Shown piece by piece: positions 8,160-16,822 of a DNA stretch of 64,000 nt. The stretch is taken from positions 13,602-77,601 of IMG/VR virus record IMGVR_UViG_3300031993_000048, one strand, 5' to 3'. The notes under the pieces were generated by a model. That model made no database searches and had not been told where the DNA came from. It was given only the letters and a program-made list of their open reading frames with translations. The DNA is from a virus. Its lineage: Duplodnaviria > Caudoviricetes. Each line of letters opens with the position of its first letter. The stretch's first letter is position 1. A program made the position numbers and the translations under genes.

Positions 8160-11100
8160 GCGCGAACGACAGGGGCGCGGCGGAGAAGATAGCGGCCGAC
8201 CTCGTGTGGAGGCTGGACGTCCTCCAGCACCGGTGCAGGTACAACGTCCGCACCGGCAAGTACAGGAACCTGCCGACGAGGATCCGCAGGTTCTCCAACG
8301 CCTGCCCGACCGACATCGTCGCCGACGTCCTCGACGCCCTCATCAGGATGGCGCCGTACACCCGCGTCGTCTTCAACGGCGAGGACGATCCCGAGGTGCG
8401 CTACCGTCCGACGATGACGATGATCAAGAAGGACGACTCCCTGAAGTCCACGGAGGGCAGCAAGGGCACGTACACGATCGTCCAGGACCTCCTGCTCGAG
8501 GGCGAGATAGACCTCTTCATGCACGGCGACGCGTCGTCGTGCTCGCGCGCCGTGACCGCCACGCGCTACTGGGACGAGGCCGAGGTGATGGACTGCCCGC
8601 AGGGAGGGCAGGGCGTCGTCTACCAGGTGACGGACGTCGTGCGCGACAAGGAGACCGACCTCTTCTCGTTCACCGTCAAGGAGACGCGCGCGATCACGCA
8701 GCACCTCCCGGAGACCGTGACGGAGTGCGACGACGACAAGACCGTGACCGTCGAGACCTGGGACAACGTCTACACCGACGACACCGGGGCGGAGCGGACG
8801 TACAGGTGGGACGACGTCGTCCACGACGGGAGCGCGATCGGGCTGCCCGCCCCGTGCGACCACGAGGACGGGACGCTCGTCAAGATCGACGTCTCCGAGA
8901 ACGACGACTGCACCCTGAAGATACAGGTGACGCGCACGACCTCGAAGCCCGAGGAGTACGCCGAGTACCTCCGCTACCGCGACCAGTTCCTGAAGAGGGA
9001 CATGGACTTCCACAAGGCCGTCGCGCCCGTCCCCGGCGACAGGAGCGGAGTCGAGTACGACCCCGCCGCCGGGACGAAGACGACCGTCGAGGTGAAGTCG
9101 AACGAGGACGGCACCGTCGACAGGCGCGTGACCGTCGACACCGAGCGGGCCGTCCAGAACTACGAGTACAGCGAGACCGTCATGCCCCGGTTCACGGAGA
9201 AGTCCTGGACCGACCGGTTCCAGCTCTCGCCGGCGGCGGGGCTCCCGCCCGAGTTCGCGTACGGCACGTGGAAGTTCACGAAGACCGAGGCCGGACGCTA
9301 CCACAACACGTACACGGGCCACGTCCCGATAGCGAGCACGATCGGCTACCAGTGCGACGACACCGCGTTCCTCCACACGCACTCGGAGAACAGGACGCTC
9401 GCGGCCTACCCCGACCCGGAGGAGTGCGTCCCCGTCGCGGGCGGCGGCGTCGTGACGGCCTACGACGTCAGGAAGGACGACCAGGGCAACATCACCAAGG
9501 TCACGCAGAGGAAGACGGAGCACGAGTACCCGGCGTACAGGCGCACGGTCTCGTCGACGCTCCTCGGCAAGATCGTCCGCGTCTACGACAAGAGCATGGC
9601 CTCGATCCTCGGCGACCCCGCGGACGGCACCGTCGCGACCGTCGAGTACCAGGTGACGGACGGGAGGCTCTTCGACAGGGTGCAGGAGACGTTCGTCCTG
9701 AACAACGACGAGATCGAGCTCGCGGCCAACTGCCGCAAGACCGTGTTCGAGCACGTGCAGGCGGGCGAGAAGACCGCGACCGCGATGGGCGGCCACACGT
9801 CGGACGCGGGCGTGCGGCCCGACCAGTACACGAGCGGGGCCCCGCTCCGCGGCTGGCACTCGCAGACGCACTTCGTGAAGGACGTGAACACGGGCGCGAT
9901 CCGCCGGCAGGTCGAGGAGACCGTGGAGATACCCTTCCAGGACGCTGTCGTGGAGAAGCACCGGACGCTCCGCGGGACCCTCGTGAAGGTGACGCACCGC
10001 AACCAGACGGTGACGGCGGCGCAGCTTCTCGGGCTCGACAAGTCCGTCGGCCAGCAGGAGTCCCGCTCGACGAACCTCGGCGGGTCGGTCGACCAGACGC
10101 TCACCTACTACGTCCCGAACGCGGGGGCGGACTTGCAGGCCAGCTGCTCGCTCACGATCACCCGGCACAGGCACGAGACCGAGACCGTCCTCGAGGACGG
10201 CGCGGCGGTCGAGGCGGGCTCGGGCGTCGTCAAGGCCGGCGGCGGGCTGTGCGTCAAGGAGACCGTCCAGTCCGACGAGAACGGGATCGCGACGAAGAAG
10301 GTCGAGACCACGAAGGAGCTCGACCGCGTGTTCGGCTCGCGCGTCCACGAGGACGCGTTGCAGGCGCACCAGGTCATCGAGGAGACGAGCGCCAGGAAGA
10401 ACCTCGGCGACGCCGACGGCGAGGGGACGGAGTTCCCGGACGGCCACGCCACGCACCCGAACGCGGGGGCGGAGGGCGCCGCGTCCAACCTCGCGGACGG
10501 CGTCGCCAGCCCGTTCGACGCCTCGCGGACGGACGCGGGGCTCGGCGACAACACGTTCCCCAACGGGCCCAAGGGGTACCTCGGGGAGTGGATCACCACG
10601 GGCAAGCTCGTCCCCGGCGGCGGGTTCGAGCGCGGGCTCCAGTACGTCGCCGACAGCGAGCTCACGGACGGCGGGCGGTACCACACGAAGAAGTACAAGT
10701 ACGTCCCCAAGCCGCAGAAGTGGCTGGACGCCGCGCTCGAGAACACGACCGGCGGCCACTACACGTGGAACTTCAGGAACCTCACGCAGGAGCAGGTGAA
10801 GGAGCTTGTGATCGACGCCTGCGCGGTCGCGGGCGGGGCGGAGAACCGGACCGGCAAGTTCTTCGGGTCGTTCAAGAACTGCCCGTTCATCCGCCGCGTG
10901 CTGAACGACTTCGGGCTCTACGACGGATCCTGCGGGTTCGAGTCCCGGGCCGTGACCGGCAGCGGCTCCAGCTCGCAGGCCACGACCGACTACATCGACA
11001 CGATCGCGACGTGGAGGGAGGTCGACGTGAAGGTCGTGCCCGTGGTCGCGGAGGACGTCGACCTCGACGGGTTCGCCGCCTACGTGACCACGACCACGTC

Positions 11101-11293
11101 GGACTGGGTGCTGAAGGTCGGCAAGGGCCGCACGAAGATCAACAACTCGACGTTCTACGGAACCCCGTCGATCCAGTTCGACCCGCTCTCGGAGCGGTTC
11201 ACGATCCGCGCGTGCACGGGCGTGACGACGAAGACGGAGTACATCGAGAAGGTCGGAAGCGGAGCCGAGATAACGGTGAAGCCGAAGACGTGA
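8153..11293 (+). CDS. Repeat-rich beta-structured virion protein (1,046 aa), probably tail/baseplate-associated
   Basis: ATG 8153 overlaps the terL end. Thr/Val/Asp/Glu-rich with recurring ~70-90-aa modules; located in the structural cluster. Confidence 0.6.
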   Translation: MVSANDRGAAEKIAADLVWRLDVLQHRCRYNVRTGKYRNLPTRIRRFSNACPTDIVADVLDALIRMAPYTRVVFNGEDDPEVRYRPTMTMIKKDDSLKSTEGSKGTYTIVQDLLLEGEIDLFMHGDASSCSRAVTATRYWDEAEVMDCPQGGQGVVYQVTDVVRDKETDLFSFTVKETRAITQHLPETVTECDDDKTVTVETWDNVYTDDTGAERTYRWDDVVHDGSAIGLPAPCDHEDGTLVKIDVSENDDCTLKIQVTRTTSKPEEYAEYLRYRDQFLKRDMDFHKAVAPVPGDRSGVEYDPAAGTKTTVEVKSNEDGTVDRRVTVDTERAVQNYEYSETVMPRFTEKSWTDRFQLSPAAGLPPEFAYGTWKFTKTEAGRYHNTYTGHVPIASTIGYQCDDTAFLHTHSENRTLAAYPDPEECVPVAGGGVVTAYDVRKDDQGNITKVTQRKTEHEYPAYRRTVSSTLLGKIVRVYDKSMASILGDPADGTVATVEYQVTDGRLFDRVQETFVLNNDEIELAANCRKTVFEHVQAGEKTATAMGGHTSDAGVRPDQYTSGAPLRGWHSQTHFVKDVNTGAIRRQVEETVEIPFQDAVVEKHRTLRGTLVKVTHRNQTVTAAQLLGLDKSVGQQESRSTNLGGSVDQTLTYYVPNAGADLQASCSLTITRHRHETETVLEDGAAVEAGSGVVKAGGGLCVKETVQSDENGIATKKVETTKELDRVFGSRVHEDALQAHQVIEETSARKNLGDADGEGTEFPDGHATHPNAGAEGAASNLADGVASPFDASRTDAGLGDNTFPNGPKGYLGEWITTGKLVPGGGFERGLQYVADSELTDGGRYHTKKYKYVPKPQKWLDAALENTTGGHYTWNFRNLTQEQVKELVIDACAVAGGAENRTGKFFGSFKNCPFIRRVLNDFGLYDGSCGFESRAVTGSGSSSQATTDYIDTIATWREVDVKVVPVVAEDVDLDGFAAYVTTTTSDWVLKVGKGRTKINNSTFYGTPSIQFDPLSERFTIRACTGVTTKTEYIEKVGSGAEITVKPKT

Positions 11294-11303
11294 CGGAGGG
11301 GTT

Positions 11304-12458
11304 ATGGCGGGAGCATCCAGCAAGAGTCCTGACAAGGCGCCGACGACGTCGCCGCAGCGCGCGCAGCCGATGGAGTCGTTCTACCTCGACGCCGCCCTCG
11401 GCGCCGACGGCGGAGGCGAAGAGTCCGCGGCGATGGGCGGGGGCGGAGCGGCGGGCGGCTCCGTGCAGTTCGGGAACCCCGTGCGGCTTTCCGCGCCCGT
11501 CACCTTCCAGCTCCGGTTCAGCCGTCCGCAGGGGGAGAAGGCGAGGCGCGAGCTCCAGATGTACATGGCCGACCCCGACTACGCCGTGTGCTGGAACGGG
11601 GTGGCGCTCGAGGACGACTCCGACCTCCCCGGCGGGAACTTCATGGGCGGGCGGTGGGAGACGATCTCGTCGGACGCGTCGCGGTCGATGAGGGTGTGGC
11701 TCGACATCCACCTGAAGCTGCTGTACGACCGCAAGCTCGAGAAGCGCACGATCACGGAGACGATCGACGGCGTCGAGCGCGAAGTCGAGCGCAAGTTCGT
11801 GAAGGACACGTTCCGCAAGGTGGACGACGACTGCAAGAAGTTCAAGGTCGTCGTGGGCGCCCGCCCGTCCGAGACCAAGGACCAGTGGATCGCCAAGAAG
11901 GCGGCGGACGTCGGAGGCGGAACCCCGCTCTCCACGAGTCCGCTCGTCCGGTGGCGGCTCCTCGCCGACAACAAGGACGACGGCTCGCAGGAGCTCGAGG
12001 CCGAGGTCCACTACTCGATCCTGGTCGGCGGCGTGTACGACGGCAAGATCGTGAACAACGTGCTGGGCGCGATCCAGATCGTCAACTTCAACGGACTCGA
12101 GAGCTACGTGCCGGAGGACAGTGGCACGGGAAGCGCGTCGGCGTCGCAGTCGGCGTCGCAGTCCGAGTCCGCCGGAATGAGCGAGAGCATGTCCGCCGGC
12201 GGCTCCGGCTCCGGCGGCGGGCCCGGCGGGGCTTCCGGCTCCGGCGGAGGTCCGGGCGGCTCCGGCTCCTCCACCCCGCCGCCCCCGCAGACCGGGACGA
12301 CCGGCAGGAAGAAGCGCAAGTACGTCGGGGAGATACGGTACGTGTGCCCGAACTTCCAGCAGCGCATCGACACCTACGACCCCGAGACCGACACGGTGAC
12401 GGAGGGCGAGTGGACGAACGTCACGACCGCCGTGCCGCACAGCGGGGAGCACGCGTAA
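11304..12458 (+). CDS. Hypothetical structural protein with Gly/Ser/Pro linker
   Basis: RBS GGAGG upstream; globular core, then SASASQ and GGSGSGGGPGG low-complexity linker, then a short C-terminal domain. Confidence 0.7.
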   Translation: MAGASSKSPDKAPTTSPQRAQPMESFYLDAALGADGGGEESAAMGGGGAAGGSVQFGNPVRLSAPVTFQLRFSRPQGEKARRELQMYMADPDYAVCWNGVALEDDSDLPGGNFMGGRWETISSDASRSMRVWLDIHLKLLYDRKLEKRTITETIDGVEREVERKFVKDTFRKVDDDCKKFKVVVGARPSETKDQWIAKKAADVGGGTPLSTSPLVRWRLLADNKDDGSQELEAEVHYSILVGGVYDGKIVNNVLGAIQIVNFNGLESYVPEDSGTGSASASQSASQSESAGMSESMSAGGSGSGGGPGGASGSGGGPGGSGSSTPPPPQTGTTGRKKRKYVGEIRYVCPNFQQRIDTYDPETDTVTEGEWTNVTTAVPHSGEHA

Positions 12459-12467
12459 GGAGGACGA

Positions 12468-15400
12468 ATGGGGGTCCACGTCAGTCCAGTGGCGGCGGAT
12501 GACGCCGGATGTTTTGCGGCGCTGCGCCAGGTAAGCCGCGCGCAGACGGCATGGGGCCACCCCGGGAGCGACAACGGCCCGTCCGTCTGGACGACTACGT
12601 GGGCGGTGGACGCCAACGCGGCCGACGGGTGGTACCTCGACTACATAGACGTACAGGTGGTGACGCGCTGTACGATGTGGAACAGCCAGTACTACGGGGG
12701 CAGTCCCCGTCCCGCGGACCGCGTGACGTCGTTCAGGCTCGCGGCGGGCGGCACGTTCGTGACGAAGACGTCCACGGAAACTTGCGCCATAGCGTTGTCC
12801 GACAGCGGCTACCATGGCGACCACCATACGTACGTGCAGGAGGTCTTGTCGGTCGTCGCGCACTTTTCCACGTCGCCGACGCCGGAGACCGGGACGTCCA
12901 AATGGGGCTCGGAGGGCGGCGGGATAGACCCGGGCGCGGGCGACGAGGTGTCCGGCACGGCCAAGGACCCGTGGACCGCGTCCGCCGACGGGGGCGGCAG
13001 CCAGACGGAGAGCGTGCCCGACCCTTCGTGGATTCAGGTAAACGTGTCGGCCTCCCCCTCGGGGATGGGTGTTGTCGCCGGCGGAGGGCTGCGCCAAGGT
13101 CGTGTCGGCGAGATGGCCACGTTCGGTCTGTCCGCGAAGCCCCTCGATCCCCTGAAGTTCAGGTTCGTCAAATGGACGCGTAATGGGGCGACCGTCGGGA
13201 CTGACGAGAACATCTTTCCGCAGTTCCGCTATCAGGCGGGCACGACGGCGGCCAGCCCGACCACATACAATTACACGGCGGTGTTCGAGCAGATCGCGCC
13301 GTCCGTGAGCGTCAAGGCGGAGATGTCTCCGTCCGTGTCCTACTGGCGGGTGTCCCCGTCCGACCGCGAGCGCCGGTACAAGAACGGCGACAACACGGTC
13401 GAGGACTTCCAGGTGTTCGCGTGGGCGCAGGGCGAGGAACCGTCCGACCCCACGGAGCAGTACCGGTTCGACCACTGGGAGATAACGAGCGGGAGCGAGT
13501 ACGCCACGATCAGCGACCCGAACAACCCGACGGCGATAGTGCGCGTCGAGTACGGGCCGGGCGGGACCGACAGGGACGTGACCGTGCAGGCCGTCCTCCT
13601 GTCGAACAAGCCGTACGTCGTGCAGATCTCCGCCGTCGCCGGGAACCCGGCGATGGGCGACGTCTCCGGCGGGCTCTACAGGATCGACGCAGTCGAGGGC
13701 GTCAAGTACTGCACGCAGCTTTCCGCGACCCCGAAGGCCGGGTACCGGTTCACCGGATGGTCGAGCGACAAGGGCGGGTCCGCACCGTCCGCGAGCTTCA
13801 ACGCGTGCCTGACGTGCAGCTCCGACGAGAACCAGAACTCGGTCACGTGGACGGCGCACTTCGAGCCCGACCCGGACGCCCCGATCATCCCGGAGTTCAC
13901 CGGCTCCGTCGGGGGCGGCGGGAGCGGGAGCGAGAGCGGGTCCGGCGAGCCGCCCCCCGAGTGGTCGGGCACGACGGAGCGCTCCGCGGTCCGCGTGACC
14001 GTGACATGCGACGAGACGAAGGGCACCGCCACGGTCGGCGGGGGCGCGTCGGACCTGCGCACCGGCTACGTCGGCCAGACGCGCACGCTCTCGCTCGAGG
14101 CGAAGCCGAAGGCGGCGTCCGGCTCCCCGGCGTGTCCGCTCTACAAGTTCGCCGGATGGTACGAGAACGGGACGCTCCTGTCCGAGGACGCGGTCCACTT
14201 CATCGAGCACGTCCTCCAGCCCGGCTACTCCGAGGAGTCCCCGGAGGAGCGGACGATCGAGGCGAGGTTCGAGCTCGCGGGCCCCGTCATCCATCTCGTC
14301 GCAAGCGTGTCGCCGGACGCCGGCGAGTGGTCCGTCTCCCCGTCGGAGAAGTGGTTCGCGAAGACGGGCGACTGCAAGGACAGGACGAACGAGGCCGAGC
14401 TGCTCGTCGCGTCCATGAACGCGGGCGCGTCGATCTACAAGTTCGACCGCTGGTCCGTCTCCGGCGCGGGCGCGTCCCTGACGGGGACGACGAACCCCGC
14501 GACCACCGTGTCGATGCAGTACCCCGAGGGCACGGAGATACGCACGGTCGAAGTCACCGCCGTCCTCAAGGAGAAGCGCAAGGTCTGCGTCACCTTCAAG
14601 GCGTCGGCGGGGGCCGGCGGCTCCGTGTCCGGCGGAGGGAAGGAGTGCGGGCGGGAGGGCGACCGGATATGCTCCCCGAATCCGCTCGTCGCGACGCCGG
14701 ACGAAGGGTACAGGTTCGTCGGGTGGACGGGCCCGTCGCCCTCGGACGACGACTCGTTCACGCCGTGCGTGCTCGCGTCCGCCGCGGGCGTGCCCGGCGA
14801 CGGGGACGTCGAGATCGAGAGGACGTGGACGGCGAACTTCGAGGCGCTGCCGGAGACCTCGTCCGGCGGCGAGTCCGAAGGCGGCTCCGGGGGCGGCTCC
14901 GGCGGAACTCCCCCGCCCGGATCGGAGGGCGGCTCCGAAGGCGGTTCCGGCGAAGGATCGGGCACGTCCGGCTCCGGCGGGGAGACGACCGGAGAGGAAT
15001 ACGTCTACATCGAGATCACGGCGAAGATCGCCGACGACAGCCCGTGCGGCGGCGCCGTGTCGAACGCCGGCGGGTCCTGGTACCTCCTGCGCGGCGACGA
15101 GGTGTACTTCGTCTCCGAGGCGTTCCCGGAGGCCGGGTGCACGGTCGTGGAGTGGGTGGACAACGACGGCGTCGTGCGCTCCACGGGCCCGCGCGTCGAG
15201 ATCACGGTGCCCGCCGACAGGGACAGGGAGATCACGCTCACCGCGATCCTCGCGTCCTCGACCGAGCCGGAGACCTCGACGGCCGACCAGACGGAGTCGG
15301 GCGGAGAGTCCTACGTCGAGTTCAAGACGGAGACGACCGGGCCCGGCAAGGGGGCGACGTCGCCTTCGTGGGACAGGAAGCGCGGGGAGCCTGGCACCGA

Positions 15401-15659
15401 CGTGACGTTCACGACTACCGCGTACCCGAACCCCGGGAGCAAGTTCCAGGAGTGGAGGGACGAGGGCGGGAACGTCATATCGCAGGAGCCCACGCTCACG
15501 GTGTCCGTCACCGTCGCGGACGAGCCGCAGACGGTGACGTACACGGCGGTCATGGCGATAGTCGGCCCGCTCCTGTACGGGGACGACGGGTCGCTCCTGT
15601 ACGGCGCGGGATGCGCCGGACCCGTGTACGCCGACAAGGTGGTGAAGATGGACGGTTGA
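12468..15659 (+). CDS. Adhesin-like protein with about 8 divergent InlB B-repeat-like (beta-grasp) domains
   Basis: AGGAGG RBS. Repeated A-x-P-x-x-G-Y-x-F-x-x-W motifs (FRFVKWTRNG, YRFDHWEI, ATPKAGYRFTGWS, YKFAGWYENG, YKFDRWSV, ATPDEGYRFVGWTG, AFPEAGCTVVEWVD, AYPNPGSKFQEWRD) with Gly/Ser/Glu linkers. Confidence 0.78.
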   Translation: MGVHVSPVAADDAGCFAALRQVSRAQTAWGHPGSDNGPSVWTTTWAVDANAADGWYLDYIDVQVVTRCTMWNSQYYGGSPRPADRVTSFRLAAGGTFVTKTSTETCAIALSDSGYHGDHHTYVQEVLSVVAHFSTSPTPETGTSKWGSEGGGIDPGAGDEVSGTAKDPWTASADGGGSQTESVPDPSWIQVNVSASPSGMGVVAGGGLRQGRVGEMATFGLSAKPLDPLKFRFVKWTRNGATVGTDENIFPQFRYQAGTTAASPTTYNYTAVFEQIAPSVSVKAEMSPSVSYWRVSPSDRERRYKNGDNTVEDFQVFAWAQGEEPSDPTEQYRFDHWEITSGSEYATISDPNNPTAIVRVEYGPGGTDRDVTVQAVLLSNKPYVVQISAVAGNPAMGDVSGGLYRIDAVEGVKYCTQLSATPKAGYRFTGWSSDKGGSAPSASFNACLTCSSDENQNSVTWTAHFEPDPDAPIIPEFTGSVGGGGSGSESGSGEPPPEWSGTTERSAVRVTVTCDETKGTATVGGGASDLRTGYVGQTRTLSLEAKPKAASGSPACPLYKFAGWYENGTLLSEDAVHFIEHVLQPGYSEESPEERTIEARFELAGPVIHLVASVSPDAGEWSVSPSEKWFAKTGDCKDRTNEAELLVASMNAGASIYKFDRWSVSGAGASLTGTTNPATTVSMQYPEGTEIRTVEVTAVLKEKRKVCVTFKASAGAGGSVSGGGKECGREGDRICSPNPLVATPDEGYRFVGWTGPSPSDDDSFTPCVLASAAGVPGDGDVEIERTWTANFEALPETSSGGESEGGSGGGSGGTPPPGSEGGSEGGSGEGSGTSGSGGETTGEEYVYIEITAKIADDSPCGGAVSNAGGSWYLLRGDEVYFVSEAFPEAGCTVVEWVDNDGVVRSTGPRVEITVPADRDREITLTAILASSTEPETSTADQTESGGESYVEFKTETTGPGKGATSPSWDRKRGEPGTDVTFTTTAYPNPGSKFQEWRDEGGNVISQEPTLTVSVTVADEPQTVTYTAVMAIVGPLLYGDDGSLLYGAGCAGPVYADKVVKMDG

Positions 15660-15685
15660 CGCGGACCGCGCAGTTGTGGTATCAT
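15656..15685 (+). promoter_or_regulatory. sigma70-like promoter with extended -10
   Basis: TTGACG (15656-15661), 18-nt spacer, TATCAT (15680-15685) preceded by TGTGG; lies in the AT-richer gap before the head operon. Confidence 0.75.
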
Positions 15686-15710
15686 ATTGGCCGAGAGGGG
15701 AACAGAAGAA

Positions 15711-16280
15711 ATGTCAAACGTAATCCACGTAAAGCTCACGTGCCCGGAGGCGCGTGGCCTGAAGGACCGGTTCACCGGCAAGGAACTCGAGATCTTCGCG
15801 CACGTGTGCGAAGGCGTCGCGACCTACAGCGCGCCCGGAGCGTTCTCGCTCCGGGTCCCGCAGCTCACGGTCGACGCCCTCATGCGGCGCGCGTCCACGA
15901 GAGGGAACGTCGCCGGCATCGCCGACGCCGACGAGAGGATGAGGTGCCCGTACACGAAGGAGCCCCTGTCCGTCGTCGAGATCCCCGGCGAAGGGTACAT
16001 ACTCGACGGCGGGTTCGATCCCACCGTGGCGACGCTCGACCTCGCGGACTTCCTCGCGAAGGCGTCCGGCGGGGACCGCGAGGCGAAGGCGCCCGAGGCG
16101 CTGTCCGTCGTCGACGTCCCGGACCTCACGCCCGACGACGGCGACCTCGCGCACAAGGTCGTCGAGGAGGAGACGGAGAAGGCCGCGCACGAGCTGGTGA
16201 AGGCCATGCCCGGAGTCGACAAGGGCCGCACGACCGTCGGGTACGAGTCCGGCGGCAAGAAGGGGAAGAAGGGCAAGTGA
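15711..16280 (+). CDS. Hypothetical protein (189 aa) with two CP-x-T/F-x-x-x-L half-motifs and a basic tail
   Basis: ATG 15711 follows the promoter and a purine-rich RBS; contains LTCP...FTGKEL and RCPYTKEPL; ends GGKKGKKGK. Confidence 0.75.
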   Translation: MSNVIHVKLTCPEARGLKDRFTGKELEIFAHVCEGVATYSAPGAFSLRVPQLTVDALMRRASTRGNVAGIADADERMRCPYTKEPLSVVEIPGEGYILDGGFDPTVATLDLADFLAKASGGDREAKAPEALSVVDVPDLTPDDGDLAHKVVEEETEKAAHELVKAMPGVDKGRTTVGYESGGKKGKKGK

Positions 16281-16822
16281 GCAGGTTCGCGCGCACGATG
16301 TCGGCCCCGCCGGGAGGCGAGTGGTTCTGGGAGGACGGCGAGACGTTCATACACTCGCCGTCGTACGCCGACGCCGTCGACGCGCTCGCCCGGCATTTCC
16401 GGGCGAAGGGAATCCAGAGGGACCCCGCGACCGCGCTCGCCGAGCACATGTGCCCGCGCATGCCGCGCGGGTTCTGCATAGGCGCGACGCAGGCGCAGTC
16501 CGGCCCGACGCTCTCCGAGCTTCTCACCCGCACGAGGGACATCTGCCTCGGGGCGCGCATGCAGGACGCCGCGACCGCGCAGCGCAGGCTCGAGCGGTGC
16601 GCCTCCTGCCCGAAGTGCTCGCACCCGACGTGCGTGCCGTGCCGCGGCGTGGACGCGCAGATATACGAGATGTTCGAGGGGCGCAGGCCGCCCGTCCCCG
16701 CCGACCGCAAGTCCGGCGTGTGCGACTGCTTCACCGTGTTCGCGATGGCGCTCGCGACCGTGGACGACAAGGTCCCGGACCCGCCCGACCTTCCCGACAC
16801 CTGCTGGAGGAACGAAAGATGA
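16277..16822 (+). CDS. Cys-rich (11 Cys) putative metal-binding protein
   Basis: GTGA/ATGA overlaps at both ends; contains CPRMPRGFC, CASCPKCSHPTCVPC, CDC and TCW. Confidence 0.72.
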   Translation: MSRFARTMSAPPGGEWFWEDGETFIHSPSYADAVDALARHFRAKGIQRDPATALAEHMCPRMPRGFCIGATQAQSGPTLSELLTRTRDICLGARMQDAATAQRRLERCASCPKCSHPTCVPCRGVDAQIYEMFEGRRPPVPADRKSGVCDCFTVFAMALATVDDKVPDPPDLPDTCWRNER

